DNA of 64,000 bases from Bigelowiella natans CCMP2755 (GCA_000320545.1 ADNK01001082.1:62001-126000); one strand, 5' to 3'; shown: positions 10,990-25,659, numbered from the stretch's first letter. Translations and numbers: made by a program. The notes: generated by a model from the letters alone, not told the origin.

Positions 10990-13900
10990 ATGACTTCACT
11001 TTTTTCGTCCAATTCGAGCCTACGATTAGGATCCCGAAGCCAAAATTCCAAGAAGAAATATAATGGTGAATGTGGATTTTGAATTACTGTTCCACAACTC
11101 GAATGTTGTTTCCACTGCATGCTTAATCCTGTCTGCAATTGTAGGGAAACTCCTCATTAAAGCCGCCTTAAAAGGGAACATTGACTGTGTAGAGAAGTGT
11201 ATTGCAGAGGTGTTATTTAATATATCTTTGAAAATTGTGGAAAAATCGATTCTCTCTAATGCTGAGTGTGCTTGTCAAAGGGGGTTGACGCCAATTATGA
11301 GGATGATTTATTTGGAGAAACTGCAATAATCAAAGCATCAAGAAAGGGAAAACTCCAGATAGTCAAATGCCTCGGTTTGTGAATATTGTAAAGGATGCAA
11401 AACGGAAAGATTCAGTGGTTTTGTACGGTTTTTAGACGTGGACGCCACTAATTAGAATGTTCTCATCATGTCAATGTGTTCCCTTCTCGAGGATGGTAGA
11501 AGGGCACAAAATAACCCGACTCCTACCTCTCGAAAATTTTTTAAGTGTAATAATGGTAAGTTAAATTTAAATATGGACAACCTTTTACAGTCGAGAAGGG
11601 CAATGCGAATGTCAATGCTAAGAGAGATGATGGCATGACGGCGCTATTTCTGGCCGCTGGAACTAATCGGCTCGAAATGTGCGAGTACCTCATCAGCGCA
11701 AAGGCAGATCCACTGGCCCAAAGAAATGACGATGGAAAGAGGGAAACTGCCCTCGATCGAGCAGAGAGGAAAGGGCACAAAGGTGTATGCGACTTCTTAC
11801 GAAAATGTATCAAAGAGGTATTATCCGAAGCTGTCCGCAGAAAACGTTGTCTCAGTATTGAAATGTTCCATCCTTCTGTATAAGTGGACATTAAGTAGTA
11901 GCAGTAGTAGCTGTTGTTGTTGTTGTAGTAGTAGTAGTGGTAGTAGTAGCACTAGCAGTGGCATTTGTTATGCTTGGGCGTTGTAAGCACTGCTTCATCC
12001 CCATTCTGAACAAAATGAATTAATTAAGGTGCAAGAGTGCAAAAAAGGGAAAAAGATATCCGGAGAACTCAACGAAAACGAAGAGAATAACTCTAGGGTA
12101 TATTCACGTAGAAAGACCCCCATCTTCTACTAACACATCATACTATCTTTTCTTTCAGAATTTAAACAAGCAGGTTATTACGGAGACACCGGGTAGGATT
12201 TCCAAACCTGTTACTGCCAGAGCTGTTTCAGCAGCTGCTGCTCCACCATTGAGCCGTTCCATTACATCGCTTCCTCAGGTTACAAACGTTAGTTTAATTT
12301 TCTTTTTTTGGCACATGGAACCTAACGTTCAGAGTAGTTGCTTTGAGTACTTCGTCGTGTCTCATTCTTATCTCCATTTGCCACTCTCCTATCTATAGCT
12401 ATCTTCCATGCACCTATCTGATTTGTATTCCGGAGACCATAGCACTAACAGCAACGGGAAAGAAGTTCTGATTACGGTGAGTGCCTATAATTCACTCGAT
12501 CTTCTCTCAACAACAACAACAACGCACACATACATTTGTCGCGCCCTTATTTAGTATGAGAAAGGTCATAGACACATCGTTGATTTCTTCAGGATGATAA
12601 CTGTAGCACGATGGGCACGTTGGGAAATTGCAGTAGCAGCTGCGGTGGAATTGAGCAGGAGCTGACTAAGGAAAGGCAGCTTCGCGCTTCCTTAGAGTCG
12701 GATCTACTAGCACAGACAACTACCGTCCAGGAGCTTCAGAAAGCTCGGGACAAGCTCCAGGCGGATTTTGATAAGCTGAAACAATCCCGCGCAGAGCAAG
12801 AGAACACCGTGATTTCTGAGGCAAAGGCCCGTGAGCGGGAATTGATTGCCAAGGTACATACTTACTACCCGTGTGCTCATGCGCGACGAATGTCTTCTTA
12901 TATGCTGTTCGACAGCATAGTAGTGGCGCATACACCCATATACTTTACCAGGCTCTTACTTTTCTTTCTCAGTTTTTATTTCACTAGCATCAATCCTTCT
13001 CTTCCCCCTGATTACAACCAAATATGATAGGTAAGAAGCCTGAATGCTATGATTAAGAAGCTCGAAGCGGATCTGGATGCTGCTGCAGAGGAGGCCAAGA
13101 GAGATGACTGCAAGCACCCTTGCGAAGTAGCCACATTACACACCCTTGCTATATCATCCAATTGTGTGAAGAGATTAGAAAAATATGGGACTGGTGAGGG
13201 TAGGGACCAGGCTAGAGACTTATAATGTTGAATATGATATGATTTACAATCAAACATCACATAGACCCCGGCTGGAACTACTGCCGGAATGACGACAGCT
13301 GGCACTGAAGATGACGCTTATTCTGAGATATCAGAACTCCGCAAAGACATTGACGAACTCATGGCTCAACTGGAAGAGAGCAAGTAATGGGAGAGAGTAG
13401 AGTGACAAATAGATTTATCCTACGAACATGCTGCTACCCTTGATGCAACGGCGGAGTAAATCAAGTAATTAAGATCGAAGCTGCGAGTGATATGTACAAA
13501 TGTTGATTATTATGCATAGACGGGCACACGCCAGCGAGGTATCAGAGCTGAACAGTGTAATGGAAAAGCAACAGACGGCATTCTCAAAGGCAAGATTTCC
13601 TTCTGTGTTTCCGTCTCACCGCTGCTCGTTTTTCGTCGTCATTGTCATGTCTTTCTAATTCAGATGTGTCTGGTTGTTGTCACCTCAATCAAAATTTCCC
13701 TTCCCCCTCATTAAATCCGCAGAAGGAGGAAGAGCAGAAGCGTATCCTCACCGCTCGTGGGAAGGCACGAGAAGCCCAGATGGAGGAGAAGTTATCGTCC
13801 ACCATTGCCAACATCGAGAGCGAGCACTCCGTTGAGCTTAGTGGACTTCACAAGAAGCTTCGGCACATACGGCAGGAACTCAAAACCTCTCGTCTGGAGA

Positions 13901-14012
13901 ACAAAGAGCTAAGAAATCGCCATGAGGTATTTTATTTGTCTGCAGCGATAAGTCCTCTTTCTCGCAGTGTGGAGGGGGAAAGTGGTGGTGATATATGTAC
14001 ACACGCACACGC

Positions 14013-14090
<78 letters not shown>

Positions 14091-14904
14091 CGCTAGTCAC
14101 GCGCTTCCTTCTACCTTGATTTGATTCTACGAGCACAATTTTTGGAAGTATACACATTTGCTTGAAGATAGATGTGTAGTCTGCATCTTCATCTCTCGGA
14201 TTCGATCGACCTGGATGAAATTGATGAATATGTGTTGGTTTTCTTGGTGTACATTTAAACAACAACAATAGTTGGATTTAGAGAGGTTGGAAGAGAAGTT
14301 GGAGGAGCAGCAACAGGTGGTGACTCATGATGCATTTACGATCACGATTATTGGCTGTGTCCTTCTTTCTCCCCCTTTCTCTCCCCCCCTCTCTTATTCG
14401 GTCACTTGCTCTTAACCAGATTGAAGCAGGGCTAAGGAGTGAGCAAAAGCGCATGGAAAAAGACTACAAAGTGAAGATTAAGAATCTCGCGGCTCAAATT
14501 ACAGGATTGAAGGTAGCATTTTGCGATTTTGCGATTTTGCCTCATGCCTTGAGGAGAATGGCAGCGATGAAGCACCGACTCGATTGAGTTGCGCATTCAA
14601 TGTGTTTATTTATTCTATACTTTAAAAGGAGGAAATAAAGAGCGTTGCACTCAAGAAATCCGAGCCTTCAGCTGCTTTGACTGCGAACAATGTGCATGCG
14701 GAGAAAGATTGTGGATCGGATGGCAATAATGGCGGTATCTGCGGTGAAATCGAAGAGGGAAAATCTCAAGACGCAAGGGGAAGCGAGAAAAAGAGCATCG
14801 TCGTCGTCGACGCATACGGAAACAAGAGAACAGTGATCGTGGATGACGAGCGTGAACCGCACCCTCACCATCACAAGTCCTGTGTTGCGTGTGTGGTTTC
14901 GTGA
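10990..14904 (+). CDS. Ankyrin-repeat and long coiled-coil protein with a C-terminal CaaX box
   Basis: MTSLFSS...KKKYNG|KLLIKAALKGNIDCVEKCIAE|GVDAN...GETAIIKASRKGKLQIVKCL|VEKGNANVN...GMTALFLAAGTNRLEMCEYLISAKADP...ETALDRAERKGH gives the ANK repeats. Heptad-rich exons lie at 12600-14510. The last exon ends KSCVACVVS*. Confidence 0.85.
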
Positions 14905-14999
14905 TTAGAGGAAATTTGAACGTAAACAACACGTATTTCCTCCATACTGTGTAAGTGTGTCTGTGTAAGTGTACACTACTTGTTGATATTTGAAAAGGC

Positions 15000-15990
15000 A
15001 ACACACGCATAGAGGCTACCTAGACATTGTAGACATATGAACACGTGTAGCTAAGACAGTGTCACACTCTCTCGCTGCTCTCTAAGACACAGCAACTAGC
15101 ACTATTGTCTCATTGTTGATCTTCAACAGAGAATGTAAAGATCTTATACAATGAATGTACCATTTAACAACAATTTAGGCATGGGCACATGCAAGCAACT
15201 CATTTTTTTATCAACATGCTGCAGCATGCAGAGCAGGTAGGCTTCGCATCCTCGTCGCGAGGCTAGCGAGCGCGTGCGCAGTGGAGCGCCCACACAGTGC
15301 AAACAAACGTCATCATTACCTGATGTCATCATTGTGCACTACTAGACTAGTGCAGTTTGAAGGAATAACAAACAAATGATGCATGACTATGGGACTCCAT
15401 AGCTTAGATAGGTCCTACATGTGTGTGCACGCGTAAAACACATCTAGACATGTGCCATTTCGTGTGTGGGTGCAAAAAAGGCATGTGCTCTTTTCACATT
15501 CTTCACACATCTAAGACATGCTAGCATGCTAGCATGCACCAAACAAGTCACGATGTGTGTGTGCTGACAATTGTCATGTCTAGATGTGCTAGATGTCTAG
15601 ATGTGTTGCTGTAGTGCAATGCATGCGCACATGTGTTCATGTGTTCATGTGTACGCCGATTTGTGCTACACATGAGCTTGGAGGTACACGCTAGCATGTG
15701 AAGTGGTCGATGCACATGTCACAGCAGACAACACTCACACACATGGGATCCTATACTAGTATAGCTAGATAGGTCCTATACATAATAATAAATGTGCATG
15801 TTCTGAGTGTGCACGAGTACGTGCGTGAAAGAAAAATTGGCAACATGCTGCAGGCAATGCATGTGCGGAACAATGGCTGTGCAATTTGCTGTGGTGAATC
15901 GAAACAATTGCATCACTGAACAATACAACGACGCAGCTGATCAAACAAAGTGACATCTACTGGCACTCAAATAGAAGGCCCTCTAGACAA
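15000..15990. other. CTAG/CATG/TGCA-rich convergent intergenic zone
   Basis: Dense gctagcatgctagc, tctagatg, gcatgc and gtgcac words lie between the 3' ends of the ankyrin and CRAL-TRIO genes. Confidence 0.65.
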
Positions 15991-16004
15991 AGGTGACTAC
16001 AAAG

Positions 16005-16299
16005 TCATGTATTCTTCAACGTCGCAATGACGATTTCGTCATCTTCAGGCAATAAGGCTAAAATCAGTCATTCCAAGAAGAGTGAGAAGTAGGCGTAATG
16101 CAAGGAAACGCTTTGATTAAATCATACATAATCTAGACATTGAAAATGTTGAATCATTTATCATTAAGTGTGATAGAGTTCTTTGGTTTAGTCTTCGTCT
16201 CATTTATACTCATAAGCCTAAGAGTTTGTGTAATTCATTCATAGAAACAAGGGAAAATATCGATCGTGTTAAAAATAAGAATTATCTTAAAATGTGTCG

Positions 16300-16334
<35 letters not shown>

Positions 16335-17351
16335 CCCTTCTACGATAAAAACTTCATAGATAGCATGCGTGCTAAATATTGTTTGTCGCAACGTTGTATC
16401 AGTAACAAACAAATACACTCATTCTTATCTACATAATCTGTTAGAATGTAAGTGTAGTAGTCGATATGCTGTGCTATTATAAAGAGTCTGATTGGTCTCT
16501 AATCTTCTCCTCACCAATAATTATAACTTACAGCAGCAAATTATTTATTTAGAGCGAGTACTACCACTATTACCATGTATCATCGCATTGATCCTTCTCC
16601 ACATATTTGTATCTGAACACAATACCCATGAATTCGGGTATGGTAACAACGTGAAATGATGAGCGGCGCATGCATTGTGTAATACATATCATATATGATC
16701 AGGTCAAATCATCCATAGTCAATGTTGTTGTTGTTGTTCGGTGTTTGCGTACATTCGATCCGGCATCGGAGCATGCTTTTTCTCCACTCCTCCAAGAAAG
16801 CGTATCTTAGAAGTACATAACAACATAATGATAGAGGTCTCTCTTTATCTATTCTCCAGAAGAAGGACCGTCCTTTGCATGATCATAATTTATCATTGCT
16901 GTTCTAGCAGGCAATTATTACCTTTGCTGCCGTTTTTGGGTCCAAAAATACACGGACAATTTCCCTGCGAATATGTTGTGTCAACTTATTAATATTCATA
17001 CAAATATATAATATTGTGCATATGTTATACTGTATGCCTGCTTGTGTGTTTTCTTGTCTGAAATATTGCTTGTTAATAAGAGTGCACAATATGCACTAGC
17101 GGATGATACATTTCTTATAAATGAGTGAATGACGAATGAGACACTTTGCAATAATCGATGCTGCTATTCGAGAGATTGCTATGAGACACACCATAAAGCC
17201 CTTCCAATCCAGGGCATGGGAAAGATAACAACACTCTGTAACAATTCTGGATACCGTGATCCTAGTACACCACTCATCGCCTTTTTCGATATGCCCATCA
17301 AATGCAATCAATGCTACAATGCAGCAGAATGATACACATGTACGCTATCTC

Positions 17352-17393
<42 letters not shown>

Positions 17394-17406
17394 GTGTGAG
17401 TGTGTG

Positions 17407-17444
<38 letters not shown>

Positions 17445-18913
17445 CGTTAAAAACAGATCTTAACTAGAAAAATAGAGGGCGCTGAATACTAGCAAAATAC
17501 ATGCATATCTAGATATTCACACTTGATGAGTAGAACTTCGTTGTATGGTGTCTACATATACACAATACTACTCGAATCACTCCGATAAGACGATGAGCTG
17601 GTAGATTTGGAGCGCCATCGATTGGATTTGTGGGGGCTAGCACCTTATGATACACAAAGCAATAAATAACAACGAACCAAAACATCTAATATAGCTATTC
17701 CATCCTTTCTACTGATATTGTAATATATACCATCAAAGCAACGACTAGTAAAAATTCTCCCAACTACTTGTACTAATCATAGATAATACCGTCAAACGGG
17801 GTTTCTTGTAGGGTCCTGAAGTAAACCGAAGAAGGGGAAATGGAGAAGGAACGTATTCAAACAATATTTAATTGCTATTGCAAATACTTAACCAGCAAAC
17901 ACTACGTGTTTCATCATCATAATCATCATCATAAGCAGCAGCAGCATCCTCACCATCATCATCATCATCATCATCATCGTCATCATATTTTTCTCCCTCT
18001 TCTTTCGTTATGCCTACCGATGCGTCGCACATACTGTTCCACTGCCCAACAACATGCTAAATAGAAGAGAAAGAAGAAGAAGAAGAAGAAGAAGAAGAAG
18101 AAGAAGAAACAAGAATAATCACCTTCCAAACTAAAAAGCGCACTCTCATATCACTACACTCCGAAAAAAGTGCAACTTACCTAACGACACATACATCCAA
18201 CAAAATGCTCGCACATGATCGCATTGTACTAATCTAGTTTTTCCATCCACCAACAAATATATTAATGATGACCCACCCAATGCAACTTTCTCAGGTTCTT
18301 TTATGTGCTCTTCAGAACTATCATTGTCATAATTCATCACAAACACAACAATCAAACAATCGTATGAACACTGAAAAGGCCCATGATGGGGATTGTGCCA
18401 AATAAAAGTGGTACAGATGTAGTTTGCTGTTTCACTTCGGAAAGTCAGCGAGTAATATATTAAAAAAAGAATGACTTACAGTAGACACATGCGAAAGCCT
18501 AATATATCTGTTCCGTCCTTTGCTTTCCCCATCCACCATCTGAGAGAAGAAGGGGAAGAAAAAGACCAAAAAAAGAGGAAGGCAAACAGAGAACATTTAT
18601 CGTTGCAATAACATGATAATACCACATTGACTGCAGTTCATAATCAATGTTCTTCTTACGTGAGTGTTTGCCTTCCACTGCCTATGTATTGCATCGCCTG
18701 TTTATCAAATCCTGTAGCGAATAGCAAAAGTAAGTAGCAGCAATTATATATTTCAAAACCTCAATAAAACTATGTGGTGTGATAGGCAAATAGGCACTCG
18801 ATTATTCACCGATTACCAGGCTGCTTCATCTCTTTGTTTAAGAAGTTGAGGTATTCTTCAAACCTTGAAGCACACAAACACACACAACCATGATGTGTAT
18901 GTGTATATGTGTA

Positions 18914-18953
<40 letters not shown>

Positions 18954-19379
18954 CGTGCGTAGTATGCATATGCACAAATTCTGCAATAACTGATACAGTA
19001 GATGATTAAATTACTGTTCAGAAGCTTTATTGGCGTTATTGTCGCGGGCAAAGAGATAGCGATCGAGGTAGTTCAATGACCAGGATGGATACTATGTACC
19101 GCCAGGTTAACAGTGGTAATAATATATAAAGAAGAAGTATAGAGGAAACAAATTAGGACGAGGATTAGAGTAGGTAGTGACCGATTAAATAGAAAAGAAT
19201 GATGCCTCCCAAATAAACGTGAAACGTGAGTAATAGTGATAGATAGAAATTAGGAAAAAAATAGAAGAAGAGAGCAGTTGCTATCTCAAGGAGAAAGAAG
19301 CTTTAAAGAGATTGTCATGGTTTTTATGTCACATGGCTTGTCGCTGGATGCTGTCATCACGAGAGAGAGATAGAGAGAG

Positions 19380-19427
<48 letters not shown>

Positions 19428-20254
19428 AGAAAAAGAGGGGGCGAAGCCGTGCCACATTATAACAACTATATCTCATACAAGGCCACATAGAACTATTATC
19501 ATGTTTGTCAAAACGGCGACAGCAAGATTTCAATGGAGACGAACGCGTGAATAATAACTTGTATAAATTAAATAAACGCACTTTACGCGCCAGGGTTTCC
19601 CGGCTGTCATTACGAAAAAGCCTACACATTGTTATTTGAAGGAAATTAAACAGAAGACAATATTAGGTGGGAGGCGGACAGGTAAATGAGCAGAAAGTTA
19701 AATGCAAGTATAGAGACGCCACTAACACAGCTGGAAATCGTGACTTATTTTTCGAAATGCAATTCAACATCACGACACCAATGCAAGTAGGCAGCACATC
19801 ATAATTTCATTCTTCTTCTTCTTCTTCTTCTTCTTCTTCTTCTTCTTCTTCTTCTTCTTCTTCTTCTTCTACTACTACTACTACTACTACTACTTCTTCT
19901 TCTTCTTCTACTACTGCTACTAATCTGCTGCTGCTGCTCTACCGCTACATACTTACTACCTTAGCTTTTTCCCATCCTCCTCTCCTTTACTCAGGCCGTA
20001 GAATCCGTGAATAAGCGTGAGGATTTCGAAATTAAAGTACGGAGCCATGTCAGCCAGAGACTGTTTTATTAACAGAATAGACATTTTCTTATTCACACGT
20101 GCAGATTGTGGATCAAGGGAGAACAAGTTTAGTACCGGTTCTCCATCCTTATTTGCTGAGGAGGAGGAGCCCCTGAAAATATTCAAAGAAATCGACCGTG
20201 CATTAGAAAATTGCACCAAAGCGTAGAAGCAGCGAAATTGACAGCATCTCCCAT
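16005..20254 (-). CDS. CRAL-TRIO (Sec14-like) lipid-binding protein with many short exons; 3' end uncertain (about 16570 or 16005)
   Basis: Stitched exons include YLDRYLFARDNNANKASEQ|FEEYLNF (CRAL_TRIO_N-like), WMGKAKDGTDILGFR, and EIVRVFLDPKTAAK|IRFLGG, the Sec14 'FLDPKTxxKIxFL' hallmark. The putative start MGDAVNF is at 20254. Confidence 0.72.
19810..19925 (+). repeat. Compound intronic microsatellite (TTC)n(TAC)n
   Basis: Directly visible trinucleotide runs inside an intron of the CRAL-TRIO gene. Confidence 0.9.
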
Positions 20255-20587
20255 GGTATCCCCCCCTCGGCCAAACCAGAAGAAAAAGCTCATGAGTGCT
20301 CAAACCAAATCTGCCGGCTGTAATCGAAAAGACAATGCAAATCAAATATTTTTAGATATAATCCCATGATTTTACGGAATATAATGACTCTTAGCCACTG
20401 GTCTTCAGAGCGACTTTTGCTTTCTGAAGACCAGGTTGTCGATCGATACAGGTTCATTTTCCTACGATGTATTAGGGTATTTCATGGGTTACAATCAGGC
20501 CGAACTTACGACGACGATGCAAAGCATAGATCTAGTCCCCCCCCGACTGAATAATAATACCCGCTCATGCCATTGGGTTTTTTAGTT

Positions 20588-20682
20588 GCGACATGGAATT
20601 CTTCTTTGTCGCATAGGACCGATTTCAAGGGCTGTGTGCAGGCACTAGTCTTATTATAGTGACATGCAATATTCCATGTCGC
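20588..20682. promoter_or_regulatory. Two copies of the candidate dyad G(C/T)GAC-N14/15-GTCGC in the CRAL-TRIO / beta-galactosidase bidirectional promoter
   Basis: GCGAC 20588 pairs with GTCGC 20608 (N15), and GTGAC 20659 pairs with GTCGC 20678 (N14). The same dyad occurs at 10335/10354 and 49920/49939. Confidence 0.45.
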
Positions 20683-20736
20683 ATTGGGTGAATTGATGGG
20701 AATTTATCTACAATCGTTCCGTTGATAATTGGAGCG

Positions 20737-22741
20737 ATGGAAATGATGGCACCCCTGTGCACCCGGGTTACCTTGCTTCTCCTCTCCACCCTCCTTGCAG
20801 TGTCAGATGGACTCTACGTTAAGGGGGGTGAACATAATCGTTCATTTGTTGTAGCTTCTGACCGATTCTGGAAAGATGGGCAGGTCTTCCAAGTCAAGGT
20901 TGAATCTCTTCCTGTTAGAATCGTCCTCAATTATCAATTTTTATTATTCCGATCGACATCGTTCGACTCCATCGATACAGAATAAACGAAGATGGTGGGA
21001 AATAACTACGTAACAATACGCCTAATTTCCACCCGGATGTTGTCTTAGGCCGGTGCCATGCACTATTCAAGGATACCACCTGCTTATTGGAGAGACCGGC
21101 TTCTGAGGCTCCGCGCAATGGGTAAGTACTATTTGCTGCTCATATTCATGACGATTAATATTTTTAAACTCGACATTTCGTTAAGGCAGTTGATCATCAA
21201 TAATTCACTTGCAGGACTCAATGCTCTCCAGACCTACATACCATGGAATTTTCACGAGGAAGAACGAGGCGTGTATAATTTCGAGGGCACGCGTGACTTG
21301 TTTAAATTCTTGGATATCGCAGAGGAGGTTGGGTTGGTAGTTGTTCTCAGAGCGGGGTAAGTACTAAGAATAGCATCACTAATAATTATGATACTAGTAA
21401 TAGTAATAGCGATAGTTATGATAATTTGGCTCGCCCTTTCATTCGGCTGATGCAATATAGTGTTGTCATTCTTGCGGCCTTGATCCTTCAACAAATGCAA
21501 TGATGTTATTAGCCCGTATATGTGCGGCGAATGGGAGTTTGGCGGTTTTCCGGCATGGTTCCTCTCCAATGGCTCTATTCTTGTAGTGGCATTCTAAATG
21601 GAAAACATACACTACAGTGCTGTTTTTGTCGTATTCTTCACACAACCTCGTTGTTTTCATAACGCAACTAATTTGTAGTGTGCCACATGCTCACATACAG
21701 CTTCGGACTGACTCCGAGCCATACATTTCTTACGCTTTGGAATGGTGGCGCAACATCCTGTCGCGAGTGAGATCTCGACTCTATTCCAACGGCGGCATGA
21801 TCGTTGCGGTCCAAGTCGAAAACGAGTAGGATGACACCATTTATCTTGCATACACTGCACTAATAGTCGTTTGTCATAATCCACGTCATGTATGCTGTAT
21901 TCGAAACTATTGCCTCTATCTCACGTCAATGTTTATCCTCCTTCTTCTCCTCCTCCTCCTCCCACATTTCCAGGTTTGGTAGCTTTGGAAATGTGGCCGA
22001 TAACCCATCTGATGCACGTTATATGCGCAAGCTCATTGATGAGGCGAGGACGATTCTTGGCAATGAAGCCATTCTTTTCACCACAGACGGAGGAAATGTA
22101 AACTCTATGCTTCATGGCAGTTTCAACGATTCCTCAGTCATAACCGTTGGAGACGGATGCTCGAATGTTACTTATTGCTGGGAAGCACAAAAAAGCTGCA
22201 ATCCCCCAGGAATGGCAGTGCCGTGGGTCAGCGAGTTCTATACTGGTAGTAAATTGATATAGAAGGAGTGCTGGAGTGAATGCACCATTGCAAATACACA
22301 TCATAAATTAGTGGGGTATTATGCATGTAACATTGTGAGCTCTTTGGTTTTTGTTATGGGTAAATGTGGATTTTGTGATTCTCTCACTACTACTACTACA
22401 ACTACGAGTATTGCTACTTCTGCTACATACTACTTGAAACATGATATGTTGCGTCTATGATCAAAAGGATGGCTAACACATTGGAATGAGACGAATCAAA
22501 ACACGTCATCAACAGCAGTCGCCAAGCAGCTAGAAGCCATTCTGAGTAATAATATCTGTATGAAAAAAGAAGAAAAGGTGAAAATAGGGTATCCAGCACC
22601 ATTAAGTCCCTCTCCCCCCCACCGCAACCAAGGCTCAAAAACACGCACACATGCTCATGCAAATTTCCACTGACAGTTATTAATTACAACAGGTACTAAC
22701 GGATCTGTTTCGCTATATATGGTTCATGGAGGTAAACAATA

Positions 22742-22777
<36 letters not shown>

Positions 22778-25659
22778 CAGCCTTGGTAAGTAGTAGTGCA
22801 ATATTCCTTCTCATGCGTGAAATAACAACAGGAACCAACACTGCCTTTTGGGCTGGTGCAAATGGCGACGAAACACGAGAAATATATCAGCCTGGTGAGA
22901 TGTCGTACATTCAATACTGCAGTGGTGATCCTGTTACATAGCATCCTGTTTCCAAATAGAAATGCAATAGGGGACGGGGGGAGGGGAGAAGGAGGTCCTG
23001 ATAATTCGATTCTGCGACATACAAACAAACACAAACATAAATTAAAGTATGCTCTTCCTGGGAGTAGTTTCATAGTAGTAAGATAGGTGCCGAACTTTAT
23101 ATAATGACTGATACTAGGGCGGTTGTTCAATAGCTGCATACTCCTCCTCCTCCTCCTCCTCCCATCCCTCCACTCTCCTCCTCCTGTGTTTCAAACTGAT
23201 TTTTCAAATCCAAATAATCAGACGTGACTTCATATGACTACGATGCTCCTATAGCTGAGGGGGGGGAACATGGATACGGCTCAGACGGAATTGACAAATA
23301 CAGCGCATTGGCTGCCGTGTTTAAAAGGTAGGCATTGTCATTTGCAACTGTTTCAAGTGCATGTATGAAGTGTCTTAACGTCGTACTATATAAGTAATCG
23401 TGTGCTTACATGTGCTCTCATAAGATATTGGAATCCAAAAACCGATGGCGCTGCTGAACCTCCCCAAGAACCGGAATTGTTACCAAGAAAGGCTATTTTT
23501 GGCGGGCAGGCAGTGCATATGGGAGAGGGCATAGAGCTGCTAAGAGAAAACATGATGAATGTTTTATCCCCGGTATTAATATCTCCTGCATTTTCTCAAG
23601 CCTTTTACTCAGTTATCCGTTATCCCTCTTCCCCCTCTCCCTTCTCCTCCTTTTACTTCTACAACTACTACTACCGCTCCTCTGACTAATACTACTACCA
23701 CCTCTACCACCACCATACTATCTATGAACGAATGGTTTTGATCACTCTCACCCCTCTATATCTCTCTCTTAACAACAACACAGGATGCAGCTGCTACAAA
23801 CTTGACCGAACCCGTAGCAATGGAACGGTTTAAGACAACAACAATATATTTAATTGAATCTTACGAAAATACACGCGCAAAAGAGAGGGAGAAAGAGGGG
23901 GTGCGGTGCGGCATCACAATACATTGATAGTTTGCCCGATAAATACCGTATAAAAACGCTCCTTTCGAACAAAAACTGAAGATACTATGAACCACTATGT
24001 CATCCACATCCATATCATCATCATCATCATCATCATCATCATCGCCTATATTGGCACTATCGATTGACGATACATGCCATGGATCTATCTGTAGTTTGGG
24101 CTGCTACTACGGATTGATTCTTTACTCTTCCGTTCTGGCGCAAGATTTGTCGGGAAGCAACCTCAGCATCCCTCATGGACCCCGGGATAGAGCTCACATT
24201 CTTGTCGGGTATATAGAGTCAACTACAATATATCATCATCCTCGATTATTCTATTCATATGTGCATCACAAGATATATTATTACGCTTGTTGGAGAGTAG
24301 AATAAGCAATTCTAACACTGTCGTTTGGTATGTACATTTGAGTGCGCGGATACTAATTTTCTCAAAAGAAACCGTTTTTATATCTGCCGATGAGCATATA
24401 AGATGAAAGAAACTATAATAAAACAGCGGCAAATTGATTGGCCTCATGAGTCGTACGACTGCATCTACTGGCGATGATGACTTCAGTTTGATACTTCCGG
24501 ACACTGCCGTCAAAGGCGCAAGACTCGACATTTTGGTAGAGAATATGGGTCGCATCAACTTCGCACAAGCTATGATGAACGAGACGAAAGGCCTTCCAAA
24601 CGGAGTTGTTCTGATACAACAAGCTAATGATGATAATGATGATGATGAGAATCATGACGATGATTTGTCTGCTGCAATACCTCTTCGATGGGAAGCTCAC
24701 TGTGTAAGAAGGACATAGTTTGAAGATAGTGAAGATGGAGAAGAAGAAGATGATGATGACGATAATGATGATGATGGTGATGATGGTGATGATGGCGATG
24801 ATGGGAAAGACAATCAATAATACTAGTAATTGGTGCGACTTTCTTGCATCAAATTAGCCAATGAACCTATTGCGTTTGAATGCAGGCTTGTGTATGTATG
24901 TGTATGTGTACTGTGTGATTGCGTGTCGTGTGCTGGTACTTTGCTTCTCTTAGCTACCACTGAGACCAAACCAGATCGAGAAACTTCCATTCCCAAAATC
25001 ACCCTCTACACTCCATATCCAACCATCGTCCATTTCATTGGCATCATCGTTCCAAGCAGCAGCTGCACCCTTTCCAAGATTTTTTAGATCGCAGATCGAT
25101 AATGTTCCAGAGGGCGTTGTGGATACGTATCTTGACATGTCAGGATGGGGGAAAGGGTAGGCTGATGACAGCGGAAATCTAACTATTGTTTGGTTAAGAA
25201 CATTTGATGGGGAGATCATGATTATCGTTACTGTTGTTATCTATCATGGTGGATACCATCTGCAGATATGATTATGTTGATTGCTATCGTGTATTACATA
25301 TAAAACAGATACGTTTGGGTGAATTCCCATAATATCGGACGATATTGGAGCGTTGGACCGCAAGCACGTCTCTACGTTCCTGCTCCTTTCTTAGGTTATG
25401 TTTAAAAATAGAACAATTGAGGATAATGAAGAAGGATATTTGCTGTGATCGTTCCCTAATATAGAAGACTGGAAGTGAGATTTGGAATTTATATGCTTAT
25501 TTAGATGCGAAGAGCAGTCTCGAAGTTGCGCAAGGAAAGACGCCGATAGAAATTGTGATTCTTGAGTTGGATTATGCACATCCAAACTGCACGGTCACAT
25601 TCTCTGACAAGCCTTTATTCGTCAACGTTCCAGTGCATGGCCTCGATTCAGATAAATAA
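20737..25659 (+). CDS. Glycoside hydrolase family 35 beta-galactosidase (GLB1-like), secreted or lysosomal
   Basis: Signal peptide [13 protein letters not shown], then [34 protein letters not shown]|[21 protein letters not shown] (acid/base Glu), SEFYTG|WLTHW (nucleophile Glu), LYMVHG|[23 protein letters not shown] and [14 protein letters not shown]. Confidence 0.95.
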
